NCBI GenBank assembly: GCA_964016885.1
Contig: OZ024747.1
Coordinates: forward strand, 66,526,001-66,590,000
Length of the DNA: 64,000 bases
Origin: Eledone cirrhosa
Taxonomy: Eukaryota
Direction: 5' to 3'
In this document: piece by piece, positions 44,320-58,274 of the stretch
Position numbering within the stretch: the first letter of the stretch is position 1
Layout: each line of letters begins with the position of its first letter
The notes under the pieces: model-generated
The model's input: the letters and a program-made list of their open reading frames with translations, nothing else
What the model was told of the DNA's origin: nothing
Databases searched by the model: none
Program-made: the position numbers and the translations under genes

Positions 44320-44530
44320 CAAGTATAGGCACAAGGCCAGTAATTTGGGTGAGGAGAAAGTCGATTACATCGACCCCAGAACGTTACTGGTGCTTTATTT
44401 TATCGACCCCGTAAGTATGAAAGGCAACGTTAACCTCGGCGGGATTTGAAATCAGACCGTAAAGCGCCTTAACTCTATGCTGCAAAGCATGGTCTCTGTC
44501 TCCTACCGATACTGCCAATCCACCGCCCTG
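44320..44530 (-). mobile_element. tRNA-derived SINE
   Basis: Full-length reverse complement of the 43675 family. Confidence 0.85.
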
Positions 44531-44749
44531 TATATAAGTATATATGGATAATGAATGTACGGTTTTGGGTGTAAGGTTGTTTGAAAGGTTGTGGTTTGCC
44601 TTTGCTTGGGTTCATGGATACTATGGGTTTGGACTGGATTCATTTAAGTTTAAGCATATACGGTCTTAGTTATATTTATATATATATATATAATTTATGT
44701 TCATACACGGAACAAAGGCGCTACCAAAGATTTCTTCAAGACCCAAATT

Positions 44750-44781
<32 letters not shown>

Positions 44782-44919
44782 AATATAAATTTAGCGACAA
44801 TCGCATTTCGGCGGGTAGAAATTAACGAAACGCAACTTCCATATTGTGCAGACAAGCGCTCCATGGATATGAAGAAGATACCAGAGCTATATACCAGCTT
44901 ACTTATATATTACATCTAA

Positions 44920-45013
<94 letters not shown>

Positions 45014-45527
45014 TTAGATGTAATATATAAGTAAGCGCACACATATACACAATCGCACACAAACACACACACACACGTATATATATATATATGTGTATAT
45101 ATATATACATACATATGTACAGAGCCAAAAAAACAAAACAGAATGAAAGAAAGAAAAATGAGTTGTATTATCGTGAATTACACCGTGAATTATATTTCCT
45201 GGAAGATATATTCTAACTTATATACATATATTTCTTATCTAAAAACATGAGCAAATTAGGAAGAAAAAGGAAGAGAAGAAAATATAAGAATAAAGCAGAC
45301 GATCCTAGTACAATGCTTTCAGCTTTTTATTTTCTGTTTCACTGTCTTCAATATCTGAGACTTCAATATTAACATGTCAGGATAATTTGATATTTTAATT
45401 GCCAGATTTACTGCGGATTATCCTGCCAATTCTTTCGAAATCTTTAGAATATAACAAAAATAGATGAAATTGTACTATTAACATTTCAAAATGAAAACGT
45501 AATACAAACACGCACACAAGAACTCAG

Positions 45528-45596
<69 letters not shown>

Positions 45597-45777
45597 ATTA
45601 TATATATGCATAAAGAATGGTTTGCTCACACGCGGAGATGCTATAGAATAGTTTATAAAGTAGGGTGAAGATCCTTAAGGATCGAAAAAGAAGTTGGTTG
45701 TCATCGGACGGTACGACGAATATATATATATATGTATTTTATATATATAAATATATCTCTCTCTACATATATATGTA

Positions 45778-45857
<80 letters not shown>

Positions 45858-45858
<1 letters not shown>

Positions 45859-45970
45859 GAAACAAAATCAAAACGAAATTTCATTTCTCACTCTTAGTAT
45901 GGCACTTACTTAAATGTAAGTATGCATGTATACGTACATACATATATGTATACAGACGTACAGTAGCATG

Positions 45971-46004
<34 letters not shown>

Positions 46005-46503
46005 CATATGCATACAGGTACACATACATATATGCACGTATCAGTTTAGCGGCGCTTATTATAACGTCGCTTTGTTCGTTTGTAAACAAACTGAACAGCC
46101 TGAATTTATGCCATACGGTGTTAAGGCAACCACGTCACCTTTTTGTTCAACACTGACACAGGAACGATGTACTAGTTTCAAGCTTGTTAGCTATCATCAG
46201 CACCGTTTACCCATCTGCCAGATAGTTGAACGTTCGAAAGTATATACTTTCCTTATGAAAATTAACGGCTGAGCAGCCTAATTTGCATATATGCCTTAAC
46301 ACCGTATGGCATAAATTCAGGCTGTTCAGTTTGTTTACAAACGAACAAAGCGACGTTATAATAAGCGCCGCTAAACTGATACGTGCATATATGTATGTGT
46401 ACCTGTATGCATATGTATATGTATATATATATATATATATGTGCATGCTACTGTACGTCTGTATACATATATGTATGTACGTATACATGCATACTTACAT
46501 TTA
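45858..46503. mobile_element. Fold-back element in (TA)n
   Basis: Inverted arms 45911-46128 / 46292-46503 with a 163-bp spacer; one-sided extension shared with 18571. Confidence 0.8.
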
Positions 46504-46869
46504 TATATATATATATATATATACGTGGGAAAGTGAAAAATCGGAGAATAGACCGTTAAAACATGTTTATTGAAAATATCACCTACGTACGTTTCGCCCA
46601 GTTGGGCTTCTCAAGGGCATAAACAGTCACAAGTGTTCCTTATATAGTTTAGAAAGAGATTTGGGGGTTAAATCGACATCAAGATTCATTGTTCGCAAAA
46701 ATATCTTGTTTTGATTTTGCAGCAGGTCAAGGGAGGTAACTTTGGCCGGTGTTAGGGCAGTCTTTCCCGGATAATGTTTGGTATGCAGGGATCGTTTTCT
46801 GGGTGTTATTTTGCTGCGCCTGCCCGCCGGGGTGTTAAGACTTGTTGGAGGGAGATCCAGTGTGTTATT

Positions 46870-48090
46870 TCACTCTCCATTCTTAACCCATCTAAAGAAG
46901 GATATTTTTAAGCGATGTGTACAACCTATCGCTGTTTCAGCTCTGCTGTTGATGAGCTCGTGGGGTGCAGTTATGATGTGGTAGAGCTCCATGAGGCAAA
47001 GATCGCATTTCCTCTTGAAGTTGTACGGTGCAGCCCTGTCGACAATCTCCCAGTGCGTGGAGAAGCTAATGTTTAAGTCCTTTAGTGATGTGATGTAGTC
47101 CGCGAGCGAGGTGGAGTGCCTTAGTTTTCTATTTGTGAAAGAGTGGAGATGTGTTCGAAACCTAATTTTGAACGGGCCGGAGGTGGCCCCTATATAATGT
47201 TTAACGCTATTGTGGCTAGTAATAGTGCATCTATATATAACCCTATCGGTCAAGCAGTATCCTCTAAGGGGGCACCGTCCTCTGTCGCGGCAGTTGCAAT
47301 TTCTGTCGCTGTTCCGTCTATTTCCCACGATAAGGCTATCGTTATTGCTGCCTACGTTGTTAGCTGCGCTACCGCAGCTGTCGTTAGCACAATTACAACC
47401 CACAGCACGCGGGATGGTGCGATTGTTATTCCGCACGCCATGTTTTGCATGCTCCCCAGTCACTTCGCGGTCATTCTGGTTGCGTCTGCGGATGCCGTTG
47501 CCAACACTATTGGATGCTGTCAGGGAGTTGTTAAGGCCGATACAGTTATTGTTAGGTGTAGGTGCGTCTGCGTCGAGGTGCTGTGTCTTGGTGATCTTAC
47601 TGTGGTTCGTTGTTCCTATGATGTCTGCTAGGTTAGGAGTAGTAGAGAAGGATATTTTTATATTGTTCCTATTAAGAATTTTTCTATACCTATGGTTGGG
47701 TGGGAAGTTCTTCTCTAAGGCTTCGAAGAATATCCGGGGTATGTTGGAGGCCACACTTCGAGAGTAGGGGGGGGAGGGGGGGAACCATAGGACGTTACGG
47801 TGGCGATTACGTGTCCTTGTACTTTTGCTACGGGTGGTTCCATCTAAGTGATCGCTCTTATGTGTGTTAATGCGCTGTCGCCCGTTCGGTGCCCCTTTCA
47901 CTTTATGCTCGGGTGCACTCTTTCTACCACTTCCATGTTTATGTACACGAAGATGTTGGTTGGAAGGCGTTGGTAGTAGGCCGTCGCCTTTGTTGGTTTT
48001 GTAATAGGGGAATAGTTTGAGTAATCTACAGTATTCACCGTCGCCGGGGACGTGATCTTTGGTGCGGTTATCTATTTTATTATATCCGGC
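46870..48090 (-). pseudogene. Inverted duplicate of the C-terminal linker + GIY-YIG part of the PLE ORF
   Basis: Nearly identical protein to the C-terminal ~400 aa of 49299-50966. Confidence 0.9.
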
Positions 48091-48233
48091 ACTAGTATCG
48101 AGCACCTTTGGCATACGCTACTTGGCAAATAACTATATGTATCACCTATCCCTCCTTTTTTTCTCTCTTTCTCGATACGTAAATACTATATTACCGTGCT
48201 CCTTTTGTAGAGCATCTCACCTTATTTGCCATT

Positions 48234-50966
48234 ATGTTGGAGAACCAACCGTTACCCATGTCTCTCAAGTGTATCCCCTTACCCAGCAGAAAAACCTACC
48301 TTAAACTGCTTATAGACGCTACTAATTCGTTTATACGGAGAGTCAGATGGAAGGCATACCACCTGGATAAGAACACCCGTAACCTTCCTGAACCCAAAGA
48401 GAGGTATGGTTTCAAAACATACCGAAACCCACCGCACAACACCTTACTGGACTCCTTTGAAGAGGACCTGCTGAAAATGATCAAAAACGTTAAGCTCAGA
48501 AAGAAACACCAATGCAGCAATCCATTCTTAACGTCCCTTGATACACTAATAACTAAGATCAAGAATGACCCGCACCTCTTCGTCACCTCCGACAAAACCA
48601 AAAAGCTGTACAAGATGGACGCGAGTGAGTATAAAAAATTCATCTATAAGGAACTACACAAAGACTACAAAAAGACACCCTCTAGTACCCTAAATGACAT
48701 AAATAGAGTAGGGAAGGATATAGTCACCAGCTTAGAAATAGAAAAGTACACCAACCCGTACGTCCCTCTGACGCCTAAATTCTCTCTTAAGGATCACAAA
48801 TATGACTTTAATGAAAGCCCCTCTATTAGACTTATATGCCCCTCTACATCAGATATAGGTAAGATTAGTAAAGTGATCCTTGACAGAGTACTACTCGAGC
48901 TTAATAGAAAGGCTAAGGTCTGCCTCTGGGGCAACACCGACCAGGTCATAAATTGGTTCACCGAGTTGACGGATAAAGCCACCCTGAAATTCATCCAGTT
49001 TGATATAGATAGCTACTACGCCTCTATCTCCCCCATACTCTTAAATAAGGCACTTATCTTAGCTAGATCTAACACTAGCCTCACCAAAAAAGAAATAGAC
49101 ATAATTCTAGCGGCACGTAGAACCATTATCCAGTTCGAAGGCTCCCACTGGACCAGAACCAACCGTCCTGATAACTTCGATGTCACGATGGGGTCCAGCG
49201 ACTCAGCGTAAGCAACTGACCTGGTTGGGATATACCTCCTACATAAGCTTAGGGAAGAAATACCGGCCCTACAAGGAGGTGTATATAGGGACGACGCCTT
49301 GTTTACCGTTAGGAACCACAGCCCCCGTAGGATAGAGAACCTTAACAAACATATACACAGGTTCTTTAAGTTATACGGCCTATCCGTAACTATGGACCTC
49401 AACCACAGGGTTGTCAACTTCCTGGACGTGACCCTGGAGTTGAGTACGGGCTTATACAAGCCATACCATAAGCCTGGAGAGTGCCTCTCTTATATTAATT
49501 ATGCCTCCAACCACTCTAAGCAGACTCTCAACTCCATAGTCTATAGTATCTCACATAGAATCTCGAGACTATCCGCCAATGAGGATATCTTCAACCAAGC
49601 GGCTGATTACTACAATAGGGCCCTGATAAGCGCCGGCTTTAACCGAGGAATTTCCTACATCCCTAACGCTAGCTCTAGAAACCACCCCCCTCATAAAACT
49701 AACGTTATAGTAAGCCATACCTATAACCGATCACGCGGCGACCTCGTTAAAGCCGGATATAATAAAATAGATAACCGCACCAAAGATCACGTCCCCGGCG
49801 ACGGTGAATACTGTAGATTACTCAAACTATTCCCCTATTACAAAACCAACAAAGGCGACGGCCTACTACCAACGCCTTCCAACCAACATCTTCGTGTACA
49901 TAAACATGGAAGTGGTAGAAAGAGTGCACCCGAGCATAAAGTGAAAGGGGCACCGAACGGGCGACAGCGCATTAACACACATAAGAGCGATCACTTAGAT
50001 GGAACCACCCGTAGCAAAAGTACAAGGACACGTAATCGCCACCGTAACGTCCTATGGTTCCACCCCCCCTACTCTCGAAGTGTGGCCTCCAACATACCCC
50101 GGATATTCTTCGAAGCCTTAGAGAAGAACTTCCCACCCAACCATAGGTATAGAAAAATTCTTAATAGGAACAATATAAAAATATCCTTCTCTACTACTCC
50201 TAACCTAGCAGACATCATAGGAACAACGAACCACAGTAAGATCACCAAGACACAGCACCTCGACGCAGACGCACCTACACCTGACAATAACTGCATCGGC
50301 CTTAACAACTCCCTGACAGCATCCAATAGTGTTGGCAACGGCATCCGCAGACGCAACCAGAATGACCGCGAAGTGACTGGGGAGCATGCAAAACATGGCG
50401 TGCGGAATAACAATCGCACCATCCCGCGTGCTGTGGGTTGTAATTGTGCTAACGACAGCTGCGGTAGCGCAGCTAACAACGTAGGCAGCAATAATGATAG
50501 CCTTATCGTGGGAAATAGACGGAACAGCGACAGAAATTGCAACTGCCGCGACAGAGGACGGTGCCCCCTTAGAGGATACTGCTTGACCGATAGGGTTATA
50601 TATAGATGCACTATTACTAGCCACAATAGCGTTAAACATTATATAGGGGCCACCTCCGGCCCGTTCAAAATTAGGTTTCGAACACATCTCCACTCTTTCA
50701 CAAATAGAAAACTAAGGCACTCCACCTCGCTCGCGGACTACATCACATCACTAAAGGACTTAAACATTAGCTTCTCCACGCACTGGGAGATTGTCGACAG
50801 GGCTGCACCGTACAACTTCAAGAGGAAATGCGATCTTTGCCTCATGGAGCTCTACCACATCATAACTGCACCCCACGAGCTCATCAACAGCAGAGCTGAA
50901 ACAGCGATAAGTTGTACACATCGCTTAAAAATATCCTTCTTTAGATGGGTTAAGAATGGAGAGTGA
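48234..50966 (+). pseudogene. PLE polyprotein (RT + GIY-YIG), about 910 codons, single in-frame TAA at 49209-49211
   Basis: KCIPLPS..FIRRVRWKA, FSLKDHK..RLICP, FIQFDIDSYYASI, DVTMGS, (read-through) GVYRDD, VNFLDVTL, CNCR..CPL, VIYRC..YIGAT..FKIRFRTH, CDLC; the two listed ORFs are in the same frame. Confidence 0.95.
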
Positions 50967-51215
50967 AATAACACACTGGATCTCCCTCCAACAAGTCTTA
51001 ACACCCCGGCGGGCAGGCGCAGCAAAATAACACCCAGAAAACGATCCCTGCATACCAAAAATTATCCGGGAAAGACTGCCCTAACACCGGCCAAAGTTAC
51101 CTCCCTTGACCTGCTGCAAAATCAAAACAAGATATTTTTGCGAACAATGAATCTTGATGTTGATTTAACCCCCAAATCTCTTTCTAAACTATATAAGGAA
51201 CACTTGTGACTGTTT

Positions 51216-51258
51216 ATGCCCTTGAGAAGCCCAACTGGGCGAAACGTACGTAGGTGAT
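51216..51258 (+). ncRNA. Minimal hammerhead motif, U3-A8 core variant (inverted copy at about 46578-46620)
   Basis: cc TTGAGAA gccc-aact-gggc GAAAC-GTAC-GTA gg; AATAAA at 51265; stem I is weak. Confidence 0.7.
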
Positions 51259-51471
51259 ATTTTCAATAAACATGTTTTAACGGTCTATTCTCCGATTTTT
51301 CACTTTCCCACGTGCTTACGCTCTGCTAACTCTCTAGCCCACTAAATATTAACACTTCGAATATTTAATACTGCCGGCACTAGTATTGAGCACCTTTGGC
51401 ATACGCTACTTGGCAAATAACTATATGTATCACCTATCCCTCCTTTTTTTCTCTCTTTCTCGATACGTAAA

Positions 51472-51582
<111 letters not shown>

Positions 51583-51592
51583 TATATATATA

Positions 51593-51849
51593 TAGGAAAA
51601 AGTATGACCCCGACGGCAGAGCTGAAGCCGTTTCGACGGCTATTTCTGGACTAAATTAGAATTTTTAGCCTGGTGAATAAGTAGCCGAACTTGTCAAGGG
51701 GGTACTTCCTTATATGGGAAGATTGTCGTTGGTTAAAATTTGTTGTAAACACAATTAAGTCTATTATGGCATTTGGTGGGAGGTAGGGGTAGCTGAACTT
51801 GCCTGTAGAACAATAGGGGAGTGAGTGGAGCGGTCAAGCGTTGAAAGTG

Positions 51850-51852
<3 letters not shown>
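51593..51852 (-). mobile_element. PLE 3' fragment (18785-type family) in (TA)n
   Basis: Shares its terminus with 12162-12215; complete hammerhead; possible ORF end KCHNRLNCVYNKF*. Confidence 0.75.
51607..51702 (-). ncRNA. Full type I hammerhead ribozyme, U3-A8 variant
   Basis: Minus strand: cccc TTGACAA g.tcggcta..tagccgtc GAAACGGC-ttcagctct-GCCGTC gggg. Confidence 0.8.
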
Positions 51853-51920
<68 letters not shown>

Positions 51921-52154
51921 TCACCATCACGAGGTAGGTGGTCCAGAGACGCAGGACTGAAGAGCGTTCTAAAAATGTTCAGAGTGGATACTGGTATAAA
52001 CCCTGATTCTAAAATCAAAGAGTTGATGGGTTAGGGTTAGGGACTATGACAGTTAGAGGTAGAGATCGTGAGATGTTATAGTTTCGTCAGCAGACAAATG
52101 ATGATGATGATGATATACATGCACACACACACATACACACACATATATATGCAC

Positions 52155-52230
<76 letters not shown>

Positions 52231-52370
52231 AGTGAAAGTTTCTACACAAAACGAAGGTTATAGAGAAAATTGAGGTTGGTAATGGCACATGGAATATATA
52301 AGAGACAGAATACTTTTTTGTGAAAAAACATATAATTTTATAAGGTAAGGAAAGAATAAAGGGTATAAAA

Positions 52371-52417
52371 AATGACCGGTTTCGATGGGTCTGCAAAAGC
52401 CATCTTTTCAAATGTTG
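52371..52417 (-). ncRNA. Minimal hammerhead-like motif, U3-A8 variant
   Basis: Minus strand: at TTGAAAA gatgg..ccatc GAAAC-CG-GTC at; stem I is weak. Confidence 0.55.
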
Positions 52418-52773
52418 ATTAATATTAAGAAAAATTAATAATAAGAAGAGTTAAAATTTGAGATTTGAAAATTCAAGTATAAAATTCAGTGTGGGATTTC
52501 ATAGTAGTTTTCATCTTGGTAGCAGCAAGCCGACTGTTGTGCGTCCCCCTCTGGCAGTGAATGAGGAACCACTTGTGGGGAGTGGTTTTTTTAAGGTCAG
52601 ATTTAGCAATGGCCAGATGGCCAGCTGCTGATCAGTGAGGGGGTGGAAGCAATATACATACATATATCTCCATGTGGTCGGTAGGAGAGAGGAGAGTGAT
52701 AGAAAGGGATTCAGTGCACTTACACCTATATATACACACATACCCTCATCCACACACACACATACATATACAT

Positions 52774-52844
<71 letters not shown>

Positions 52845-53577
52845 TACATACACACACACATACATATAAATACACACATACACACACACACACACACACA
52901 TATACACATACACACACATATATACACACACACACACACATATCTATACATCCACATACATCCAGATACACACATACATACACACACACACACATACATA
53001 CACACACACATATATACATACACACATACAAACACACACACACACACCCATATACACATACACACACATATATATACACACACACACACATATATATACA
53101 TACACATACATCCAGATACACACATACATACACACACACACATACATACACATACATACATCCACATGCACACACACACACACACATACACATACATACA
53201 CCCACACGCATAGAGAAATGGCCTCCAAATATATATATATACATACATACACATATTTTTTCCATAATATAAGAAGTTAGAACAGTGAAATTAAAATACA
53301 AGTCATTCTGATCACATTGAGTTCTTCATGTAGATTGGGCCCCGCAACCGACAGTGGTGAATTCTGTGTGCGCATATATATATAGATATATGTGTGTGCA
53401 CGTGCAAGGTTTAACATGGATGTGTTGGTCACACAAAGGCATGGTCTGTCAACGAATAAACCTGATTCTACAGAATTGGTCTCTGGTCTTTAATAGTAGT
53501 GATAATTATATACATGCACACATACACACACATATCTGTCACTCCGTGCGTATGTGTGTTTATATTTTATGACAATT

Positions 53578-54739
53578 CTATTGGGGTGATAACCCGTTTA
53601 GTTTTGGTTTAAATTTGTTAAGGAATAGATTTTCTTTGTTTATTCTTTGTTGCTGTGTGAACGAATCTGAGCACTTGTAGAAGGGGAAGATTTTAAAGTT
53701 GGGTAGTGTCATTCCTGCACAGTTCGCAATATGGCTGCTCAAGGGGATTTTTCTTGTGTTAGCGTCCCGGATTTGTTGGCGGTGGGTGGTCATTCTTTTG
53801 CGTAATGAGGGGCCCGTCTGTCCTATGTAGTTGTGTTTGCACCCACCGCAAGTTATTGCGTAAATCAAGTTCTCCGAGTTGCAGGTGAAATTGTTTTTTA
53901 CTGTAAATGTTTGGCCATCTTTAAATGTAATTTTTTGTCCTTCAGTGAGGTAGAGGCACGTTCCACAGTTTATTCTACCACATTTGGTAACTGTAGGGTT
54001 GAGGATTGGTTTGGGTATATTTGGTCCAGTGAGAATGCGTTTTAGTGATTTTGGGTTGTCTTTTACTTTTAAGGATCTTGTGTGTTTCAAGAATAGACTT
54101 CATTTTTACATCTTTAAGTAGGATGGGGAGGTTTTTGTGTAGGTGATCAAACATTTCGGTATTTCTGGGGTTGAAAGTGGATACATATGGCAGGGTGTTG
54201 AGTGTGGTTTTCTGTTTTGGATTGTTAAGTTGATGGGGATTTAGGTGTTTTGCCCTGTCTATTCCATTGTTGATTATTTCAAGTGGAAAGGCTCTTAAGA
54301 TAAGGGTTCTTTTAGTTCCTTTAGTCTTTGCTCCCGTTTAGGTGGATCTGATACTATGGTACATATACGTTTGGTCAAATTGTAAGGAATGTTAAGTTTT
54401 GTATGTTTTGGGTGACTTGATGTGAAAAAGAGGTATTGCTTGGAATCTGTGGGTTTATAGAATATATCTGTATCTAATTTCCCGTCTATTACAGAGATGA
54501 GAATATCCAAGAAGGCTAATTCCTTGGGATTGGATTCCATTGTGATTTGTATGTTATTATCTATGTTGTTTATCATGTTTTTAAACATAGTAAGTGAGTT
54601 CATGTCTTCTTGCCATAGGATAAAGCAGTCGTCTAGATATCTTTTCCAATTGACTTTGAGGTGTGTGTGGAAAGAGTCTCCAAATAAGAGAAGGGACTGA
54701 CTGTATATTTGTTGTTCATGGAATCCCATGACTAGGTTG

Positions 54740-54740
<1 letters not shown>
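53578..54740 (-). pseudogene. 5'-truncated, frameshifted PLE (Neptune-like) RT + GIY-YIG
   Basis: WKRYLDDCFILW, LAFLDILI, FYKPTDSKQYL..SSHP, KCGRINCGTC, NLIYAITCGGCKHNYIGQT..RMTTHRQQI, ENLFLNKFKPKLN. Confidence 0.9.
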
Positions 54741-54822
<82 letters not shown>

Positions 54823-54831
54823 CATATATAT

Positions 54832-55200
54832 ATTGGTAAACGGAATAGAAAATGCTGACAAATTGTTCACAGTTGAAAAATGGTTTAATTAGGAATAAAA
54901 GAGTATTAGTGATTGTATGGGTTAGTATTCAGTTGTGGTTTTAAGTTTTTAAGTTTTTACCGGTTGCGCATTTCTAAATGCTTTTCAAAAATAATTTTGA
55001 GATAGAGTGTCCGTGTTGTTTGCTCTGATCTGATTAGTTTTGGGAATTCTACCTGTTTTTATGTTAAAAAAGTGGCTCCAGCGCTACTTTGGTGTTGCAA
55101 AAATTCTTGTGGTCAGTGGTCAAAACAATTTTGATTGGTCGGTAGAAGTCATGTGAATAAAAAATTGATTTTGCGCCAAGACTGAGAAATGACTCTTTCA
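54832..55200 (-). mobile_element. PLE-like terminal fragment (5550 family)
   Basis: Reverse-complement homology to 5550-5765; hammerhead-like variant at 54954-54992. Confidence 0.6.
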
Positions 55201-55206
55201 CAACAA

Positions 55207-55244
<38 letters not shown>

Positions 55245-55311
55245 TAGTAGTAAAGTGTTCGATGTTGTGATAATGGTTAGCAGGGATGTGTGTCAAATGG
55301 CTATTAAGATA

Positions 55312-55365
<54 letters not shown>

Positions 55366-55472
55366 GAAGAGTAATTCATGGTAGCGGGATGGTCAGTAGG
55401 AATGTGTCTGTAAGCAGTGGGGGGTATTTTAGCATGTCAAAAGATATTTTTCAAATTTTGTCTTATACGGAG

Positions 55473-55515
<43 letters not shown>

Positions 55516-55719
55516 AGTCTCTTTGTATGTTAATGTACGCGTGTGTATGTGTGTGTGTGTATATATGTGTGTGTGTGTGAGAATGTGTGTGCGTGTGTGT
55601 GGGTGGACCAGTATTTTTTTCCCCTGGTAAAATGGTGTACATTATTCCATATTTTCAGTAAAATCGGTTCTCTTAATAGAACATCAAAAATCTTAACAAT
55701 AAAAGGTGTGAAATGATAT

Positions 55720-55763
<44 letters not shown>

Positions 55764-55766
55764 TCG

Positions 55767-55813
<47 letters not shown>

Positions 55814-55931
55814 TTTTTTTGTGTTGCACCATAGAGCATGTGTGTTTACGTATGTCATTGTGTTTATATGTGGGTAGAGATGTGTGCTGATGTAGGTATG
55901 TATGTTGACGTGTGTATGTTGTGGGTTCGTC

Positions 55932-56420
55932 TTAGGGAGAAGTGTTTAGACGGAGTCCGTATTTGTTAATAGAGTAAGATTCCTTGCTGATGCGCTGGGT
56001 GTGGGTGGCATTATCTTTAAATTTGTAGAGGGGAAAGATTCTGAAGTTGGGATGACTTTGGGCGGCACAGGTATCAATGTGTTCACTCAGTTGTATTTTC
56101 CTGTATTCCCGTATTTTAATTTGGGATCTATGGACAGTCATGCGTTGGCGGAGGCTGTTTTTGGTCTGGCCTATGTATTGTTCTCGACAACCTGAGCAAG
56201 TTAATACATATATTAGATTTTCCGATGCACATGTGAAATTGTGTTTTACTATAAAACGTTGTCCTTCTTTGAAATAGAATTACGAACCCTCTATTAGGTC
56301 GATGCAAATGCCACAGTTGGGTCTATCGCATTTTTTTACTGTGGGTTTCGTTGTTGTGGTTGGCAGTACTTTGGCATGTGTTAGGATGTTTTTCATTGAC
56401 TTGGATTGTCTTTTGTGTGT
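55932..56420 (-). pseudogene. Second Neptune-like GIY-YIG fragment
   Basis: KKCDRPNCGIC..TCASENLIYVLTCSGCREQYIGQT..RMTVHRSQI..LSEHIDTCA..FRIFPLYK, homologous to 53578-54090. Confidence 0.85.
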
Positions 56421-56434
56421 GTCATATATATATA

Positions 56435-56497
<63 letters not shown>

Positions 56498-56639
56498 GAA
56501 AATTGACCATGTTTCAAGAATTTAATCAGTACATAAAATATATTTACGATTTCGTTTCTTAATGTTTTGGATTGAAATAATTCGTGCTTATTACGAAGGA
56601 AATTGCTGCTTAAAAGCTTTACAAATGACATTTATGAGT

Positions 56640-56888
56640 GACTATAAATTCAAACTATAAATAGGAATTCACAATGTTCGTCACATGTATGAAACACACA
56701 CTTGACAGGTGCAATGTGTCCGAACACGGAAGAGCCGAACTCCCACCGCCATTGCCCCATCTCTCTGTATAGTGAGCAAGTGGGGTTCCACGTGCTGGCC
56801 GCCCCACAGCCCCGGCGGACAGAATGGAGAAGGTGTTTCCCGGAGGATGGTAAGGGAGATGCGCTGGAAGAGCCAATCCAACTCGCGA

Positions 56889-56890
<2 letters not shown>
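56640..56890 (-). pseudogene. 3' end of a CRE-like (restriction-like endonuclease) non-LTR retrotransposon
   Basis: RELDWLFQRISLTILR + (frameshift) GNTFSILSA resembles the FQRIS.AI.RGN..SIL C-terminal motif; GC-rich island next to (CA)n. Confidence 0.55.
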
Positions 56891-56963
<73 letters not shown>

Positions 56964-57065
56964 CATACATAAATGCATTCACACTCATACATGCATTAAG
57001 ACACCAAAATACATATATACATACAATCATACATACATACATACATACATACATACATACATACA

Positions 57066-57097
<32 letters not shown>

Positions 57098-57631
57098 CAC
57101 ATACATATACATTTATACACACACTTACATGCATTTATACAGACACACACATTTTGCGAACTAAAAGAAATATTATATTCCGTTCTATCATATAAGGAGC
57201 ACTGTAGAGTCCGTGTAATCTTATACGCCGTGTTTACAATATCTTGTTTACGATTGGCTATTGCGGGTAGATATCGCATTTTGTTAAATTAACATGGATT
57301 ATTACACATTTTGTATCCATTTAGAAACGAATCCGCCATTAGGTTCGACATCGTTGTTTGATCAACTGTACCTTAGGCTTGCTACATTATCGTGTAATTG
57401 GTCGAGTATTCTCTAGACAAATCTTCTTATTATCGTGTCCACAGGAGTGCCGGTACCGCCACAGCTGAACACATTGCTGTCCTTTCTCATTAAACTCTGC
57501 CAAGTCCAATGCTGTGCTGGTGCAGTTTGTGTGAATAGATCAGGTGTTGAGATCCAGCGTTTAATTGATATTAATGAGACCTAGAGACCGACTGGAAATG
57601 GCTTAGAATAGCTTTGGTGGACGTTGTTGAT

Positions 57632-57771
<140 letters not shown>

Positions 57772-58274
57772 GTGTACCCTTAATACAATTCCTAGACAGA
57801 ATCATCGTGAAACAAAATCTGGCACCGATTGACCATCTGCTTACTGGTGCAGTCTATTTTATAATATAAATTGAGAATTACATAAACATGTTCACTCTTT
57901 TGTATTTCTCAAACTGAATAAGGTTGACACAACATGTAATATGGCTGTGTCTTTTAATTCCATATACAATCCATTTTGTATATTGTTGAATATTCCACAG
58001 TAGCATGTATCGATAACATAAAATTCAGTATGTAGCTCGGTTTGGTTTTTGAATTACTAGTACAATGCATCCGACTAGATTCCACCCAGTTTCTGTCTTC
58101 CGAATTTCACCCAAAGGACGTGATCGAACTCGAGATCAATATCATGTTTGGCAAGTGCCTTAGTGACTTACCCACAGAGGTGCGACTAAAATGAGTGTGT
58201 GTTTGTTTTAATGGCTAAATTGGCCCTTTCATGCTATAATTTCCATATTAGTATTATTGTTAGTTCTGTCATAA

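Noticed and set aside
45660-45695. Hammerhead-like GTGAAGATCCTTAAGGATCGAAA
   Set aside because: Core spacing is wrong and no stem I/III or NUH site can be formed
45880-45911. Bulged hairpin in the 18571/45858 family extension (agta..tact AA GAGT on the minus strand)
   Set aside because: Lacks the RCTC 5' strand, so it is counted as an exception rather than an instance
47143-47767. Antisense ORFs overlapping the PLE and LINE ORFs (also 50069-50693 and 41164-41668)
   Set aside because: Shadow frames of real coding sequence with no recognisable motifs
49209-49211. In-frame stop as possible selenocysteine recoding (reported for some Naiad PLEs)
   Set aside because: The codon is TAA, not TGA; a simple nonsense mutation or sequencing error is more likely
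46523-51313. Long inverted repeats as TIRs of a DNA transposon
   Set aside because: The repeat duplicates coding sequence, is asymmetric, and the ORF is RT + GIY-YIG; this is a PLE inversion
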